Positions 29,055 to 42,224 of a stretch of 64,000 nt of DNA are shown piece after piece. Source of the stretch: Octopus vulgaris (Eukaryota); assembly GCA_951406725.2 (NCBI GenBank), contig OX597832.1, positions 8,928,001 to 8,992,000 on the forward strand, given 5' to 3'. The position numbers and the translations under genes are program-made. Within the stretch, counting starts at the first letter, position 1, and every line of letters begins with the position of its first letter. Below the pieces are notes generated by a model, which did no database searches, was not told the DNA's origin, and saw nothing but the letters and a program-made list of their open reading frames with translations.

Positions 29055-29129
29055 GACCTGAGGAGTGACTATACTTTTAAATTGAATTGCTTTTCGAACT
29101 GAAGTTATAGTCACAAAATCTACGTAGTC
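29055..29129 (+). ncRNA. Degenerate type I hammerhead ribozyme
   Basis: gac-CTGAGGA-gtgactata...tatagtcac-aAAA(GAAA mutated)-tctacg-TA-gtc. Stem II is a perfect 9 bp. Confidence 0.5.
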
Positions 29130-29231
29130 TTTTTTACTTATTATATAATGTTTATTCATTTTTTTTGTAGTTCTAATCTACGTTGAGCATAGTGATGGGC
29201 TTGAATTTGTCTATATCGTTCCCCTTGCTAG

Positions 29232-29280
29232 CAAAAACTGTCCGATGAACGGCAACGGGAACTCAGAGTAACAGGTTTTG
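29232..29280 (+). ncRNA. Mutated minimal type I hammerhead ribozyme
   Basis: Paralog of 32532-32581 with CcGATGA and a shortened GAA box. Confidence 0.65.
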
Positions 29281-29307
29281 TTGAATCTTCTGCTGCTTTA
29301 AATAAAG

Positions 29308-29443
<136 letters not shown>

Positions 29444-29454
29444 TACACACACAA

Positions 29455-30277
29455 ACGTGGTCAGATCAGTAAGTATCAGGCAGCAGAGTTAAAGCATTGA
29501 GGGTAAAGCCGATTGGGACAGAGTGACCGTGAACGCCGCTGTGCATGCGCACTAACGTTTAGCGTTCTAGATCACTTCTGCTTTTTTCCAGCAGTGCTTG
29601 GAATAACGGTTTGTACGTGTGATCTTCGCATTGACCATGACTGGGAAAGATGAGCAGAAAATCTGAATCAAATTTTACCAAAATCTTGGTGACACGTTCT
29701 CGTCACAATTAAGGAGATCCATATGCAACGGAAACCCGAGCCCTTTTTGATTAGCTGAACGCAGTTTGGGGACAAGCGTGGCAGACACGCGTCTTATACC
29801 CAAATCTTCAATGAAGATGGATTGAAGTGAACCGTTCATAATCTGTAAATCTCTTGATAACACACGGATGTTGATTCGACGATTTCTCCTTATAACTGCA
29901 TGCGCATCTGCGATTATTTTCTCACTTCTTGTGGTTGCGGGTGTCCCAGAAGGTTTCTCAATATCGACGTGTTTTCGACTATCATTAAAACGTCTGAACA
30001 ACACGTACACTTGTGTACGGCTCATACAATCTTCCCCATATGTATTCTGCAACTATGCGTTTTTCACTGAGCTGGAATCACCATGATAACTTACTCTGTC
30101 ATAGTCAATTCTTCCTTCCAAGCATGGCTGGAAACAGCGCAAGTGAGTTGGAAAGATAAAACTTGGTGCGCATGTACAGCAGAATACCAGGTCATTCTTT
30201 GCCACTGGATTTCACTCTGCATGTTTTAGCTTCGTTAATATGGCAACAATCCGGAAAATTATTGATCAGACCTCGTA
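29455..30277. mobile_element. Rearranged mariner derivative with two inward-facing 5' ends
   Basis: Both ends read acg(t/a)ggtc(a/t)gatca(g/a)taa. The left arm encodes MTGKDEQKI*IKFYQNLGDT (+). The right arm carries ORF 29675-30052 (-) with the mariner HTH and LVPKL (cf. WVPxxL). Confidence 0.8.
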
Positions 30278-30377
30278 CATACATACATACATACATACAT
30301 ATACGTATACACATGCACACGAACTCACACACCTGCGCACAACAAACAAACTAGCAGAGCACAAAACGGACGACAGA

Positions 30378-30524
30378 CAGTCAACGACTACTGAGGACGT
30401 TGCAAGAAAAACTAAGCAAACGAAATCAAGCGTTGTGTGTGTTAATTAATAAGGACAATGACTCTCCCCAGACAGAATAATATATACTTACATATATACA
30501 TACATATATATATATATGTATATA

Positions 30525-30560
<36 letters not shown>

Positions 30561-30735
30561 TAGATAGATAGATAGATAGATATATATGCATATATACATA
30601 TATATATATGTATGTATATATGTAAGTATATATTATTCTGTCTGGGGAGAGTCATTGTCCTTATTAATTAACACACACAACGGTTGATTTCGTTTGCTTA
30701 GTTTTTCTTGCAACGTCCTCAGTAGTCGTTGACTG
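30378..30735. repeat. Near-perfect inverted repeat (~155-bp arms) of a PLE pseudo-LTR plus flanking microsatellite
   Basis: 30378-~30535 is the reverse complement of ~30580-30735, with one substitution seen in the unique part (tcaagcg vs tcaaccg). Confidence 0.92.
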
Positions 30736-32607
30736 CTGATAATAATGCTGATAGTAATGCTGATAATAATGCTGCACGAAGAACTAGGACCAGGAAAGTT
30801 TTGTGGTTCAACCCGGCTTTCAATTTGGCCGTAAAGACTAATATAGGTAAGGAATTTTTGAGATTAGTTTCTAAGCATTTTAAGCAGGGTCATAAATTCT
30901 ATAGAATATTTAATAGAAGAACCCTGAAGGTTAGCTATTCTTGTTGCAGAAATTTCGCCTCTTACATTAGCCAACATAATAGGAAGCTAATTGAGATTAG
31001 ACATGGTGCCGAGCCCATTAAGAAATGTAATTTCAAAAACGAAAGCTCCTGTCCGTTAGAAGGGAAATGTCTAGTGAAAGGAGTAGTTTATAGAGCCAAG
31101 GTGCAAGTGGAAGGCTAATCGGAATACAAGACATACACAGGGGCTTCAGAAAATTCATTTAAAACAAGATTTTATTCTCATAAAAATTCATTTAAATACC
31201 CAGAGAATAGGAAGAAAACCAGCCTAGCAAAATATGTCTGGGAACTAAAAGAAAAGGAAGCCCCACCTTTCAACGTGACATGGAGCATTCTGGACAGGGC
31301 GGCACCATACAGGCATGGAGCATACAAAAATAATTTCAAGTGAAAGCTTTGACTATTAGAAAAAATGTACATCTTATTCAAAGACAATAATTCTTTGAAT
31401 CAAAGAAGTGAGCTAATGAACTTATGTAGGCACGCGGCTAAATTTAAAATGTCGAATATAAATATACCATATGGATAGAGTATATATTTTGTATTTTTGA
31501 TTTTGATTTTGACTCTTGAACGATGAGCGCTACGATGGATTTTGTTTTTGTTTCCAAACTATGCGGATCTTAATCCGTATAGCAAAGTGTTATGTTTCTA
31601 CATATATATATTAGGAAAAACCTACAAACTTTGTTTTCATGTTATTGTATTGCATAGGATTACCTTGATTATTTATATTACCTTGATTATTTATAAATGA
31701 CCCACAATAGGATGTTATATTTTATTTTATATGTATTTCGTATATATTTTTATTAATGCACCCATTTTTAAAAGCAATGTTTTTTTAAAAAAGCAATGTT
31801 GTCAAAATTAGAACGTTTATATAAGTATGTGTATAGCAAAGCATATGTATTTGTAAGCATGCGTATCTGTGTATGTGTAAGTGAAAGTATGTTTGTGCTT
31901 AAGCACACATATACACGACTGTATGTATATGTATCCATTCAAACTTGTGTATGTATACTGGTCTCTATATATGCCAATAATACCGTTACACTGCTTGTAT
32001 ACATAATTTTCTCTTATTTCGTTTTTTCCCCACCCCTCCTTCGTTCATTTTTCTCTCTCTCCCTTTCTTTCGTTCCCCCTCCTTGCCCAGTATATGAGAA
32101 TTGCTACATAGATGAATTTTAGCTTGCGTGCGAGACGGTTTGCGTGAATATATGTACACATGCTTTTATGTGTATATTTAGATTTATATTCATACGTCTG
32201 TATATGTATGTATGGCGTTTACGCGCATCCTTTTGTGTATGTTGATATATATATGTAGATTTTAATATAAATATGTATTGCAGTATTTATAACAGGTTTA
32301 ATTTCTATGCATTAATTTGCACTGTCTTCATTAACGTCAATAGGTTTTTTCCTCGGATTTTATAATTTTTATAAGTTTTTTATATATATATACATGTATT
32401 TTTGACCTTTTTGTTTATCGCTCGAAGATTGACCGTTTTTTCTAAAGGGCCAATCAAACAAGTCCATTTCTTTTTAAAGGTGTAGCGTTTGTAAGAGTAT
32501 AGATTGAATTGATATATCAGTTCCATTCTAGCAAAAACTGTCTGATGAACGGCAACGAGAAACTCAGAGTAACAGATTTTGTTGAATTTTCTGCTGCTTT
32601 AAATAAA

Positions 32608-32610
<3 letters not shown>
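30736..32610 (+). mobile_element. 5'-truncated PLE (WFNP/CxC-CPL type, Nematis-like): C-terminal GIY-YIG and 3' UTR/pseudo-LTR
   Basis: One frame to TAG at 31476-31478: RKVLWFNPAF...KVSYSC...CNFKNESSCPLEGKCLVKGVVY...*(TAA 31116)...YTGASENSFKTRFYSHKNSF...TSLAKYVWELK...WSIL...K(TGA)KL(TGA)LLEK...LNQRSELMNLCRH. Confidence 0.9.
32532..32581 (+). ncRNA. Minimal type I hammerhead ribozyme in the PLE 3' terminus
   Basis: caaaaactgt-CTGATGA-acggcaacga-GAAA-ctcagag-TA-acagattttg. Stem I pairs 9 of 10 bp, stem II is short with a GCAA loop (A.A closing mismatch), and the cleavage triplet GUA is at 32569-32571. Confidence 0.8.
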
Positions 32611-32693
<83 letters not shown>

Positions 32694-33456
32694 GTATGTA
32701 TAGGGAGAGAATTCACAGAAAAAACGAAGACAAGTGGTGTAGACAACAAAGAGATGTATTAGTTAACCCTAGTCTTTACCACTCCCAATGTAGTATTCCT
32801 CGCCATGCAAGTGACAGGGACAGCTGTAAGATGCATTACGAATCTATAGCAATTGGAAGGGCGTGACCCAACTGAAATAAACATTAACAAATGTGTGACG
32901 TGAGGGCTAACGAGAAATGAAATTTGGAGTTTGCAAATGACCACTATATTGATACGTAACTGGATAGAATAAACATACAATTTATAAATGTCTTTGTATA
33001 ACCAGTCACTCATCTGGGAAGGACTTGAACTCAATGTTACCATGTGGGGACTATGTGAGACACAGTGATAATAAAAAAAAGACTGAAAGGAGATCTGCAA
33101 TCAAATAACTTTACTCAACACTTTGCAACTGAATCAGTAGAGGCAAATATGCCTCTCATTTACTTGACAATTTATGCAGCACATTGCAGAAATCACAATC
33201 TAAATGTATGTCAAAGCATACTCTTACATTGTTGTAACATTGAATTAGAAATAATGCTCATCTTTGATGCATTATAGCCGCCCTTATGCATTGAATCTAA
33301 GTTTCAAACACCATAAGTATCCATTCAGTAATTTTGGTCCATAAAATTGTAAGAAACACACAGCATTACTCTTCTCCCTAGGCTTCGAATGTATAATTAA
33401 TACACGAACACATAAATACATTGTCTTTGATAAAATAAATATGAATGTACACATAT

Positions 33457-33534
<78 letters not shown>

Positions 33535-33599
33535 ATGTGTGTGTGCGTCTGTGTTATATATATACACACACACACACAAAGATAAATTGATAGATACAA

Positions 33600-34080
33600 A
33601 TGAGTGGGCAAACGAAAATATGAGACACAGCGTAGTGCTTTTTTATGTTGATTAGCCTGGTACTTATTCTATTAGTTTCTTCTTGTGACACCAGTAAGTT
33701 ATGGGGATGTAAATAAACGAACAGCAGTTGTGAAGCAGTGATGAGGGTGAGCGACAGAAATAAAGTCAAACACATACACTTAAATATCTACATACATATA
33801 TATACGATTGATTTCTTTCAGTTTCGTCTACAAAATCCACTGACAAGGCTTTGGTTGGTGTGAGGCTATAGCAGAAGACACATGCCATGTCACCACACAG
33901 TGGGACTAAATCCAGTACCATGTGTTTTGGAACGAAGTTTGTTACCACACAGCTGCCCATGCACATATGTATGTGTGTGTGTATGTGTGTATAGCTGTAT
34001 GTGTGTATACACACATACATAGGTGCAGGTGTGGCTGTGTGGTAACAAACGTCGTTCCAAAACACATGGTCCTGGTTTAA
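33600..34080. mobile_element. Degenerate SINE family A pieces (one - copy and a + head)
   Basis: Reverse-complement matches to ggatttggtagacggaaactgaaagaa and ttcagtcccactg; the head gtggctgtgtggtaa lies near 34030. Confidence 0.6.
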
Positions 34081-34180
34081 ATTTAAATTTAAAATAATAA
34101 GGGTGAGATATTGAATATTAATTTGATTAATATGAATTGAAAACCAGTGGTGAGCATGTAAGACCATAGCGGATCTTCTT

Positions 34181-34521
34181 CTAGCAAAATGGATGTCCAC
34201 TGTTAATGGTTCATCCCTCTTATATAATAGTTTGACTTTAATAGTTTCAGTATTAAAGTGAATCTATCAGACATTACAATAGAGAGATGTTTTTCTTTCA
34301 CTTTTAACACGTATTACTGAAATAGTGAAAAAGATTTGATATTGCTGTGCTCTCGCCCTAGGCAAGAAGTTAAAACTGTTTTTGCCCATGACACACCATG
34401 GACCCTAAATAAGGCATGTGTAAAATTTGAATGACATTGGTTGTGTAGTTCACAACTTTTAGGGATTCACACAGGCAGACAGACAGACACACATTCTCAG
34501 TTTTATATATATAGATATAGA
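34181..34521 (-). mobile_element. Short non-autonomous Helitron-like element
   Basis: The minus strand starts tctatatctatatatataaaactgagaatgtgtgtctgtctgtc (TC start plus GTCT repeats) and ends ...ttttgCTAG. Confidence 0.6.
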
Positions 34522-34530
34522 TTTTTATAT

Positions 34531-34578
<48 letters not shown>

Positions 34579-35194
34579 TCTTCAGCGTAATACAACCATA
34601 TGTATATAATCATAAAAAGCTCTACAAGCCCCAGGAACACAATACTTCCGCAGTGCATACGCATCTGTCTACACATATACACGAATTGAAATTCAAAAAT
34701 CTACTTTGTTGATCTCAGACACGTGTGAATAACCAAATAATTCAAGAGTGAATTATGTTTTGTTCAGGTGAAAATATATATATTCATGTTAGGCGATGCT
34801 AAATGGAGCAAAACTACATTATGTATTACGTAAAACACGCACTGAAAGCGATTGTATAAACGAAACGATTCATGAAGATGTTCAGCTAACCTCTTAACAG
34901 AATCAAATACATATATTTATAAACAGCTTTACATATCCCAGAAACATAATACTGTTAAAAGGTTGTTTTGCAACATTTGGATTCTTCTGTCAGCGTGTGA
35001 CTTCCCCTGTTGTAAGACTCGCTTTATACCCTTAATATGGTTTCATAAATATACTTATAAAATTATATATTCTGTTAACTTTTACCTTCATTGTTGACTA
35101 CATGTTTAGTACCTGATAATATCAAATATAGATTTTATCCTTAATTTAAATTCATGTATACATATACATACATACATACATAAAATGATAAATG

Positions 35195-35450
35195 TCACCC
35201 TTTTAAAGTCTAGTCAGGCTCATGGGCCCGTTTCACTTTTCCTGTGGCGTATGTACACCAGTTGGACGGGACGGCAGCCCACTGCGGCGTTACTCAAGAA
35301 ATAGGAAGAGAGAGCGAGAGAAAGTTGTAGAGAAAGAGTACAACAGGGGTCGCCACTCCTCCCTAAATAAAAACACACAACGCCCGGTCTGGGAATCGAA
35401 TCCACCATCCTCCGACTGCGCGTCCGCTTCACTAACCACTGGGTCATTGT
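35195..35450 (-). mobile_element. tRNA-derived SINE, family C
   Basis: Head aatgacccagtggttag...ggattcgattccc. The body is homologous to 59866-60160. Confidence 0.75.
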
Positions 35451-37602
35451 AACTACATATATACATATACATCCATACATAAATATATTTATATATATAC
35501 ATACATATTTTCATACCTACCTACATATATACATACATACATACATATAAGAGCATTTATTTTGCATACGTGTGTGAATATATATGCATATATATAAACA
35601 CGTTCACCTCTCTTATGTACTGTGCGGATTTGTGCGGTTTCGGACCAGAGTGAATGCTACGATCGAAAATTCTCTCACTAAACAATAAATAAACCATCAT
35701 ATAACTAAATTCCCCAAAGGGTTACAATTCCAACACAAAACTTTCAAAAAACAACACTGATATTATTTGAATGGCTAGCTATGGGAACAAACTATAAATG
35801 ACGCATATAGATAACGCAGCTGCATGCAGGTTAGCTTTCTAATAACATGTATAAATGCATATGAAACAAATATTGTACACGGAAACATAAGGTTTGCAAA
35901 AATGTTAGTTAAACATCTGTGTATATTTACATGAAACGCTGCAGTTTTAGGCGATTAGAAATGACAACATTATAATCTTCTATTTCTAAATCATTTCGTT
36001 TAAATATTTTCCACTTGAAGTTAAATAAGGAGTATACAATAAAATTAAATAGATCGACCTTAATGCGTGATGAACGAATTTTTGTTAATGGAGACATGAA
36101 AAAATGCCAGAATGACTCATGATATATTGTGCATATTCACACTTGGGATTGTGTGAATTTCTCGCGGATATTTAGTTTCGTCACAATAAGTATTGCAGTA
36201 AAAGATTCTTTGTTCATATATTCACTCACATTTTATCGAATTATTGAACGGCAGAACTTCAGAAACTATCTATCCCTTGTCAGCTTTTTACGATTCAACC
36301 GTTGTTTTGACGTTTCTAGTCTCCTGTGCCCTTCTTGTATAAAACGTGTAGCCATATTTACCTGTATAAATCTTGTTATATGTATTTGGAAACCATATAA
36401 GACTTTCCTTCTCTTTTATGGAAAATAAATTCCTTTTGAATTCTCCTGACGAATCGAAATCCTTTGGGTTTATAAGAAATTTGATGGAAGGTTCCTCTCT
36501 TGAAGTGCTGCTGCTATGATGGAATTATTTTGATAGTGAACGTAGCAAATAACTTTTTTGTCATTACACATGAGACCTGATGCACTCAAGTATTTGGCAC
36601 TTAGTAATTAAATCTATCAACTTTAATAATTTACAGTGGAAAACCTTGACTGCGAGAACAACCTTTGTTAATATTGTTGACATGTACAGGTATCGTCTCG
36701 GTATTTCGAATAGGAAGTAATATACACGAAGAGTTCTAGAATGCTAAACAACAAACACATGAAGTTGCGGCATGTATTTGTTCCTTTCTGTATCGAGTAC
36801 TCTCTGTGAAACTTTAAAAAGAATTCAAAGTCCAAATTCTCCTCCATATTCATTACTTTCATCTTTTAAATAAATATATTAGTTGGAATTAGATCAATTT
36901 CTTGAGATCATTAATAGTGTAATTTCTCACATTTCTTTCTTGGCAAAACATAATCACCGCACACTTGTGGAAAAGTGTTTGATAACGATACAGCTGGTTG
37001 AATGACTTAACTCGAAACATGAAGAGATTAGACAGAGAAATCAATGTACAAGGAAGATTGCGAAGACTTTGATCCGTTACGTGCTACTCTGGTGATTTTG
37101 ATCTTCAGCGTTGACATCGAGCAAAAGATGCTGCCACATATCATATGATGAATGTGTGTTGTTTATCTACTTGACAAATTTGTCGTTGCACTTACAAATG
37201 ACGTCGTTTTGCTGTATGGCTGCCTGCTCATAATGGCAACAGCGTCATTCTATTCATTCAAGCGTCGTGAAACCTCTTGAATATCCTCGAGAGACTTTCG
37301 TATCATCAAATGCAATTCTAGATTACAGTGCATACTTCAAAGTTCTTGATGATTTTCTTGTAGTCAATATATCTCCCAGCATTTCTAACTTGCATTCCTT
37401 CAATATCCCTTTTCTCTCGCTGCCGTACATATGATTGCATTTGAAACCCCAATAAATTATAACCTGGGCAGAGAGAATATAACCTTCCAATTTATTATAT
37501 ATTGTAGCCAAAACACTGAACGGTGTGCTTGTGGTTATAAACTGTGTAAATAATTTTCATTACGACTAATTGTTTTCGTTGCTGAAGCTTTATCACCACT
37601 TA

Positions 37603-37658
<56 letters not shown>

Positions 37659-37804
37659 GATCAAACGTATTCCATTCATGATAACTAACTAGTTTAATGA
37701 GCAAGCGCTTATGTAAGGCTGTGTTGCTCAATATGTGCTTCCCCCTATCACAATGTTTGTTGTGAAATTGAACCTACTGCAGGAGATCTTAGGTTGCATC
37801 ATTT

Positions 37805-37862
<58 letters not shown>

Positions 37863-37889
37863 CAAAGGAATTCCATTCCATTTAACATA

Positions 37890-38438
37890 TCTCTTATTAT
37901 AAAAGGCAGATTTTATCTGACTCCCTTTGTAACTTATAGAAATCTACAATATAGGATTTCTTCAATTACAATTTACCTAGCATTTTTAAGAGTAGAATGC
38001 ATCGGGTCATGCCAGGTCCAGTTTTTAAAAATTTAAACTCCAATTAAGCAAAATTTACAGAAAACTCACATTCTGGTGTGTATGTCAAATGCTTTTCTTA
38101 ATGTGGTTTACACCACACGCACACGCACACACACAGTGTGCAACGAATAAAATGAAAGTAAATAGCGACAGAGTGATTTGAGGAAGACTAAACTGAAAGT
38201 ATTTAAACCACTACTCAAAAAATAAAAAAAACACAGCAAACAGAAACAAATAAATACATAACGATTTACTCCTCACACAATTTCTTCAATTAGAGTTTAT
38301 CTAAGATTTTTCAAAGTACTCCATTCGGTCATGCCATAATATATTTCTTTCAATTTCACCCCCAATTAAGACAAAATTCGAGAAAACTCAATATTTTAAC
38401 ATTTCACTCCGAAAGCATTAATGTACATGTGTGCGTGC

Positions 38439-38475
<37 letters not shown>

Positions 38476-39556
38476 GATGGGTTGTGCGACACAGAAAGTG
38501 TGGTGTGTAAGTGAAGTGCTTTTGTTAGTGTGTGTAAAGAGACAGACAGAGTGAAAGACAGAAATAACTGAACTTTTTTTATTCACTTTTTGTAGTGAGT
38601 GACTGAGAGAGAAAAGAGAGAGAGAGGTTATGTATGTATATATGTATGTATAGCTTCAGTGACACACACACACAAAAACACATACCTACGTACACCTAAA
38701 GCACGCACACACACACAAGCGGAGCGCGAACTTCAAAATTTTGGTGGTATTAATTTGCGAGCGTACTTCTAAGCGCGCGTAATTGAAAGTTTTCACTATG
38801 ATATCATCACGTGCGAAATAATTCGAAGGGTTTTCAACAATTGAGATACACATGTCACGCCTGTATTGAAACCATTGCTAAGCTGCCGTAATTGCTTAAT
38901 TAAGTCTTTGTTTAAATTGAAAGGGGCAAATATGTGACGAGGTTGAAAAAAAATACCCCAGAAAAAAAAATGTACTGCTGGTATTTATATAATTCACTAC
39001 TATTTTGCTACAATGTCATGAAAAAGAAAAATTTAGGTATGTAAATCGAATTCGCCACCCCCTTTTCCCCGTTCGCGTTTGTGTAAAAAAATTATTATTT
39101 AAGTTTTAAAAATTATTTACTTTGTTCAAAAAATATTAATATTAATTAATTTTCAAGAATTATTTAATTTTATTCTGTAAAATATTAATTAATTCATTTA
39201 TCTGTAAATCCGCGAGGTTGTTACTCAGGCACCTAGAATGGTAACCTTCAACTAACACTATCTCCTCCGAGACCCTGCAGCGCAAGTTGACCAAAATTGA
39301 GAGTATGGTAGAAGAAGGGTTGCTCTTCCTTCCGTAGAACATAAAATTCAAATCGGACCATGTTAACACCAAAAATTATTTACATCAAGAAGATGCTTTT
39401 TCTATGAAAATCCCTATTTTTTACGATTTTTTCACTGCTGTGTCGCCACTTTTCGGTGTATTTCGACCAGAAAAATGTTCACAAAATTTTTACTTTTCAA
39501 AATTACAATTCCAGCGGGTCGAAACAAACCCGAGTAAGGCCGGGCGATACTGCTAG
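37890..39556 (+). mobile_element. Non-autonomous Helitron (~1.67 kb)
   Basis: Starts A|TCtcttattataaaag and ends with the hairpin cccgagtaaggccggg followed by ...ctgCTAG|T. Insertion between A and T, no TSD seen, internal microsatellites. Confidence 0.75.
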
Positions 39557-41191
39557 TTAGTTTTATAAACGAGAGTTTATCTATGACTGTCTTCTTCAAT
39601 TTGTGTTTACTTCTATTATAATTTTTCAGCAATTTAACACGTAACTTAATGCTACTGCAGGAGGTCACAGGCTGTGTCACTTCTGTTAGTTGGCAAGTGA
39701 GAATATTTTAAAGGAGATGAGAAATTATATCGCTAAAACGCCATAGCCTGTAGTGAAATGTTCAGTGGATATGAAATATTAATGCACATTAGAATATGTA
39801 ATATTTTATCGAACAAACCCATCAATTTCATCTGCACAGTATAACAAAAATAACATAATAACATAATACACGAAGAGTTTTAAAAAAATCAGAATTTTTA
39901 TTTCGACAATAGTTTGTTCAAGTCCTGGGCAAAAAAGGAAAACTTCATCTAGGTCACAGTAGCATCCATTATGAATAAGATATTATTGTATAAACTAGTA
40001 ATATTGATCGTAAAATTCCCACCGATTAGCTCTAAACGCAATATCTGTAAATGTTTGCTATTGTTGTGTGAGAAATGTTGCATTTCTGATAGAGAAGCGT
40101 GATATAATTAATTATATACGGAACGATAAAGTGTTAATATCAAACCAATGCAACATTAACTATATTATGTCCTTCTCACTAAGTTGTTAAGGCAATATGA
40201 TAAATTACTATATAAGTAACGTGTGGAAGCTCATTTTGTTGAAGTGGGAGAAAATATTTTCAAATAGAGATATTGCAATTTAATCAATATTCCGCAATAG
40301 TAAGTATCCAGATATGTCTCAGATCCTATAATTAAATGACGTAAATATTCGTATTAAGAATAAAAATATTCTATTTATGTCGGAATGTCAATTTTATCAA
40401 GGTGAATTGTTCAGTTAAGAAATATATAAGTAAAGTAGACAAACAAATATTTCCATGAATGCTATCAGCATCAGACAGAAGGTGGAGAATGCATATCGAG
40501 TTAATTGATATAACGTAAGCGGTTCCAGGTTCATTGACCCTCCTTTTAAGAGAGCGAGAGGGAGAGCTATCTCCGCGTCTTTAGCTCGCTGTAACTACCT
40601 CTGTTATATGCAGTTCGAAACTCAATAATTGCTAGCTGCCGATTCAGTTCATCATTGATTTCTTCGCATCATACCGTTCACGTTTCTTTCTAGTATAGCA
40701 TGACTATATCACTTCTAAATGAGTGGTATTAATTCATACATATATTGAGTAATAAATATGCGAAAAACACAATTATTAATGCTAATTATATATTTTTAGA
40801 AAATCCCGTATAAATCGGGACCCAAATTAAATGCTGAGACAAATTACTGAAACATATGGAATCTCTGGTAATATAGTATCATTTAGAAGTAGGTGGAGCT
40901 ACAAAATTATTGTATTACTGAACATCAAATACATATTAATGTCAGTTAAAAATCTATACTCTATGCAAGCGTAAATATTCCCTGTTCCTTAAAGTGAACA
41001 ATATGCCATCATCGAAAAGTGATATTCGTGTCGTTGAACGGTAGGGTAGTTTGGGGTTCTAAATATTCAATAAATTGATGCATCAAGCATTTTCTCCAAT
41101 ATTCAAAGAATGTTAACAAGTTCGTAATCATTATACGATACATATATGCATATTACATATGTATGTATACACACAAACACACAAACACACA

Positions 41192-41267
<76 letters not shown>

Positions 41268-42015
41268 CACGTGCACACACTCACATATACATATATGCAT
41301 ATCGATGCGCTCCCTTTCTTATCAATGATCTTATTTGAAGGTAAAACAAATCGATGTACATATTTCTTCATTCTGAATGTATGCATGGAATCTTGTTATG
41401 TATATATATGCAATTTTATTTTGTATTTTTTTCCCCTGTAAATCCAGTTATAACAACGATTTTATACCACTTCCCACGTTTATGTGAAACATTTTTAGAC
41501 ACTTTCTTAAATTGTTCCCTTCACTGCCTCTTTCTCGGTACGATATTTTCGAAAAATATGTTTAGCTTGGGTGGACATGATTAGTTAAGTCTGGTTCACG
41601 GAAATTGTAGAGAAACCTGTAGATTTTAGATCAACTTTGTAGTCACTGCTCCATTAGATCTTATAAAATAAATCCCATTCTCTACTGTTATTTATCGTGT
41701 ATTGTTTCAATTTGTTTACTATTATGCATATCAAAAGGAAAGATACACGCGCGTAAGCAAGACGAAGAATCTGAATTCCTTGGACGCTTGCATGTGCGTG
41801 ATAGATTATACTGCGATTATACCGTGACTGTGGTTAAGAAGGATCTTCCTAGAGGGCAGCTGTTTCGAGGATTACAGGTTGGGGTCGGAGTTACTGCGTA
41901 TGCAAACATGCATCCGCATGGCCTCCATCCCTAAATTGCTACATGGTTGAAACACCTTGGTTAATTAGGGGAACCTCCTTTTGCTGCTATTCTTCGGGTG
42001 CGAGAGTGGATGTTG

Positions 42016-42100
<85 letters not shown>

Positions 42101-42107
42101 TATATAC

Positions 42108-42168
<61 letters not shown>

Positions 42169-42224
42169 TATATATATACATATATATATACATATATATA
42201 CATATATAAATATGTGTGTGTGTA

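Noticed and set aside
31522-31582. Possible SECIS (ATGA...GA) just downstream of the TGA-containing ORF, overlapping the hairpin ctatgcggat/atccgtatag
   Set aside because: Helix II pairs poorly and there is no apical AA, so it is not supportable by eye. It should be re-tested on the family consensus.
36100-37550. Complex, microsatellite-free stretch that could be a decayed element or exon
   Set aside because: No frame gave a recognisable motif, so it is left unannotated.
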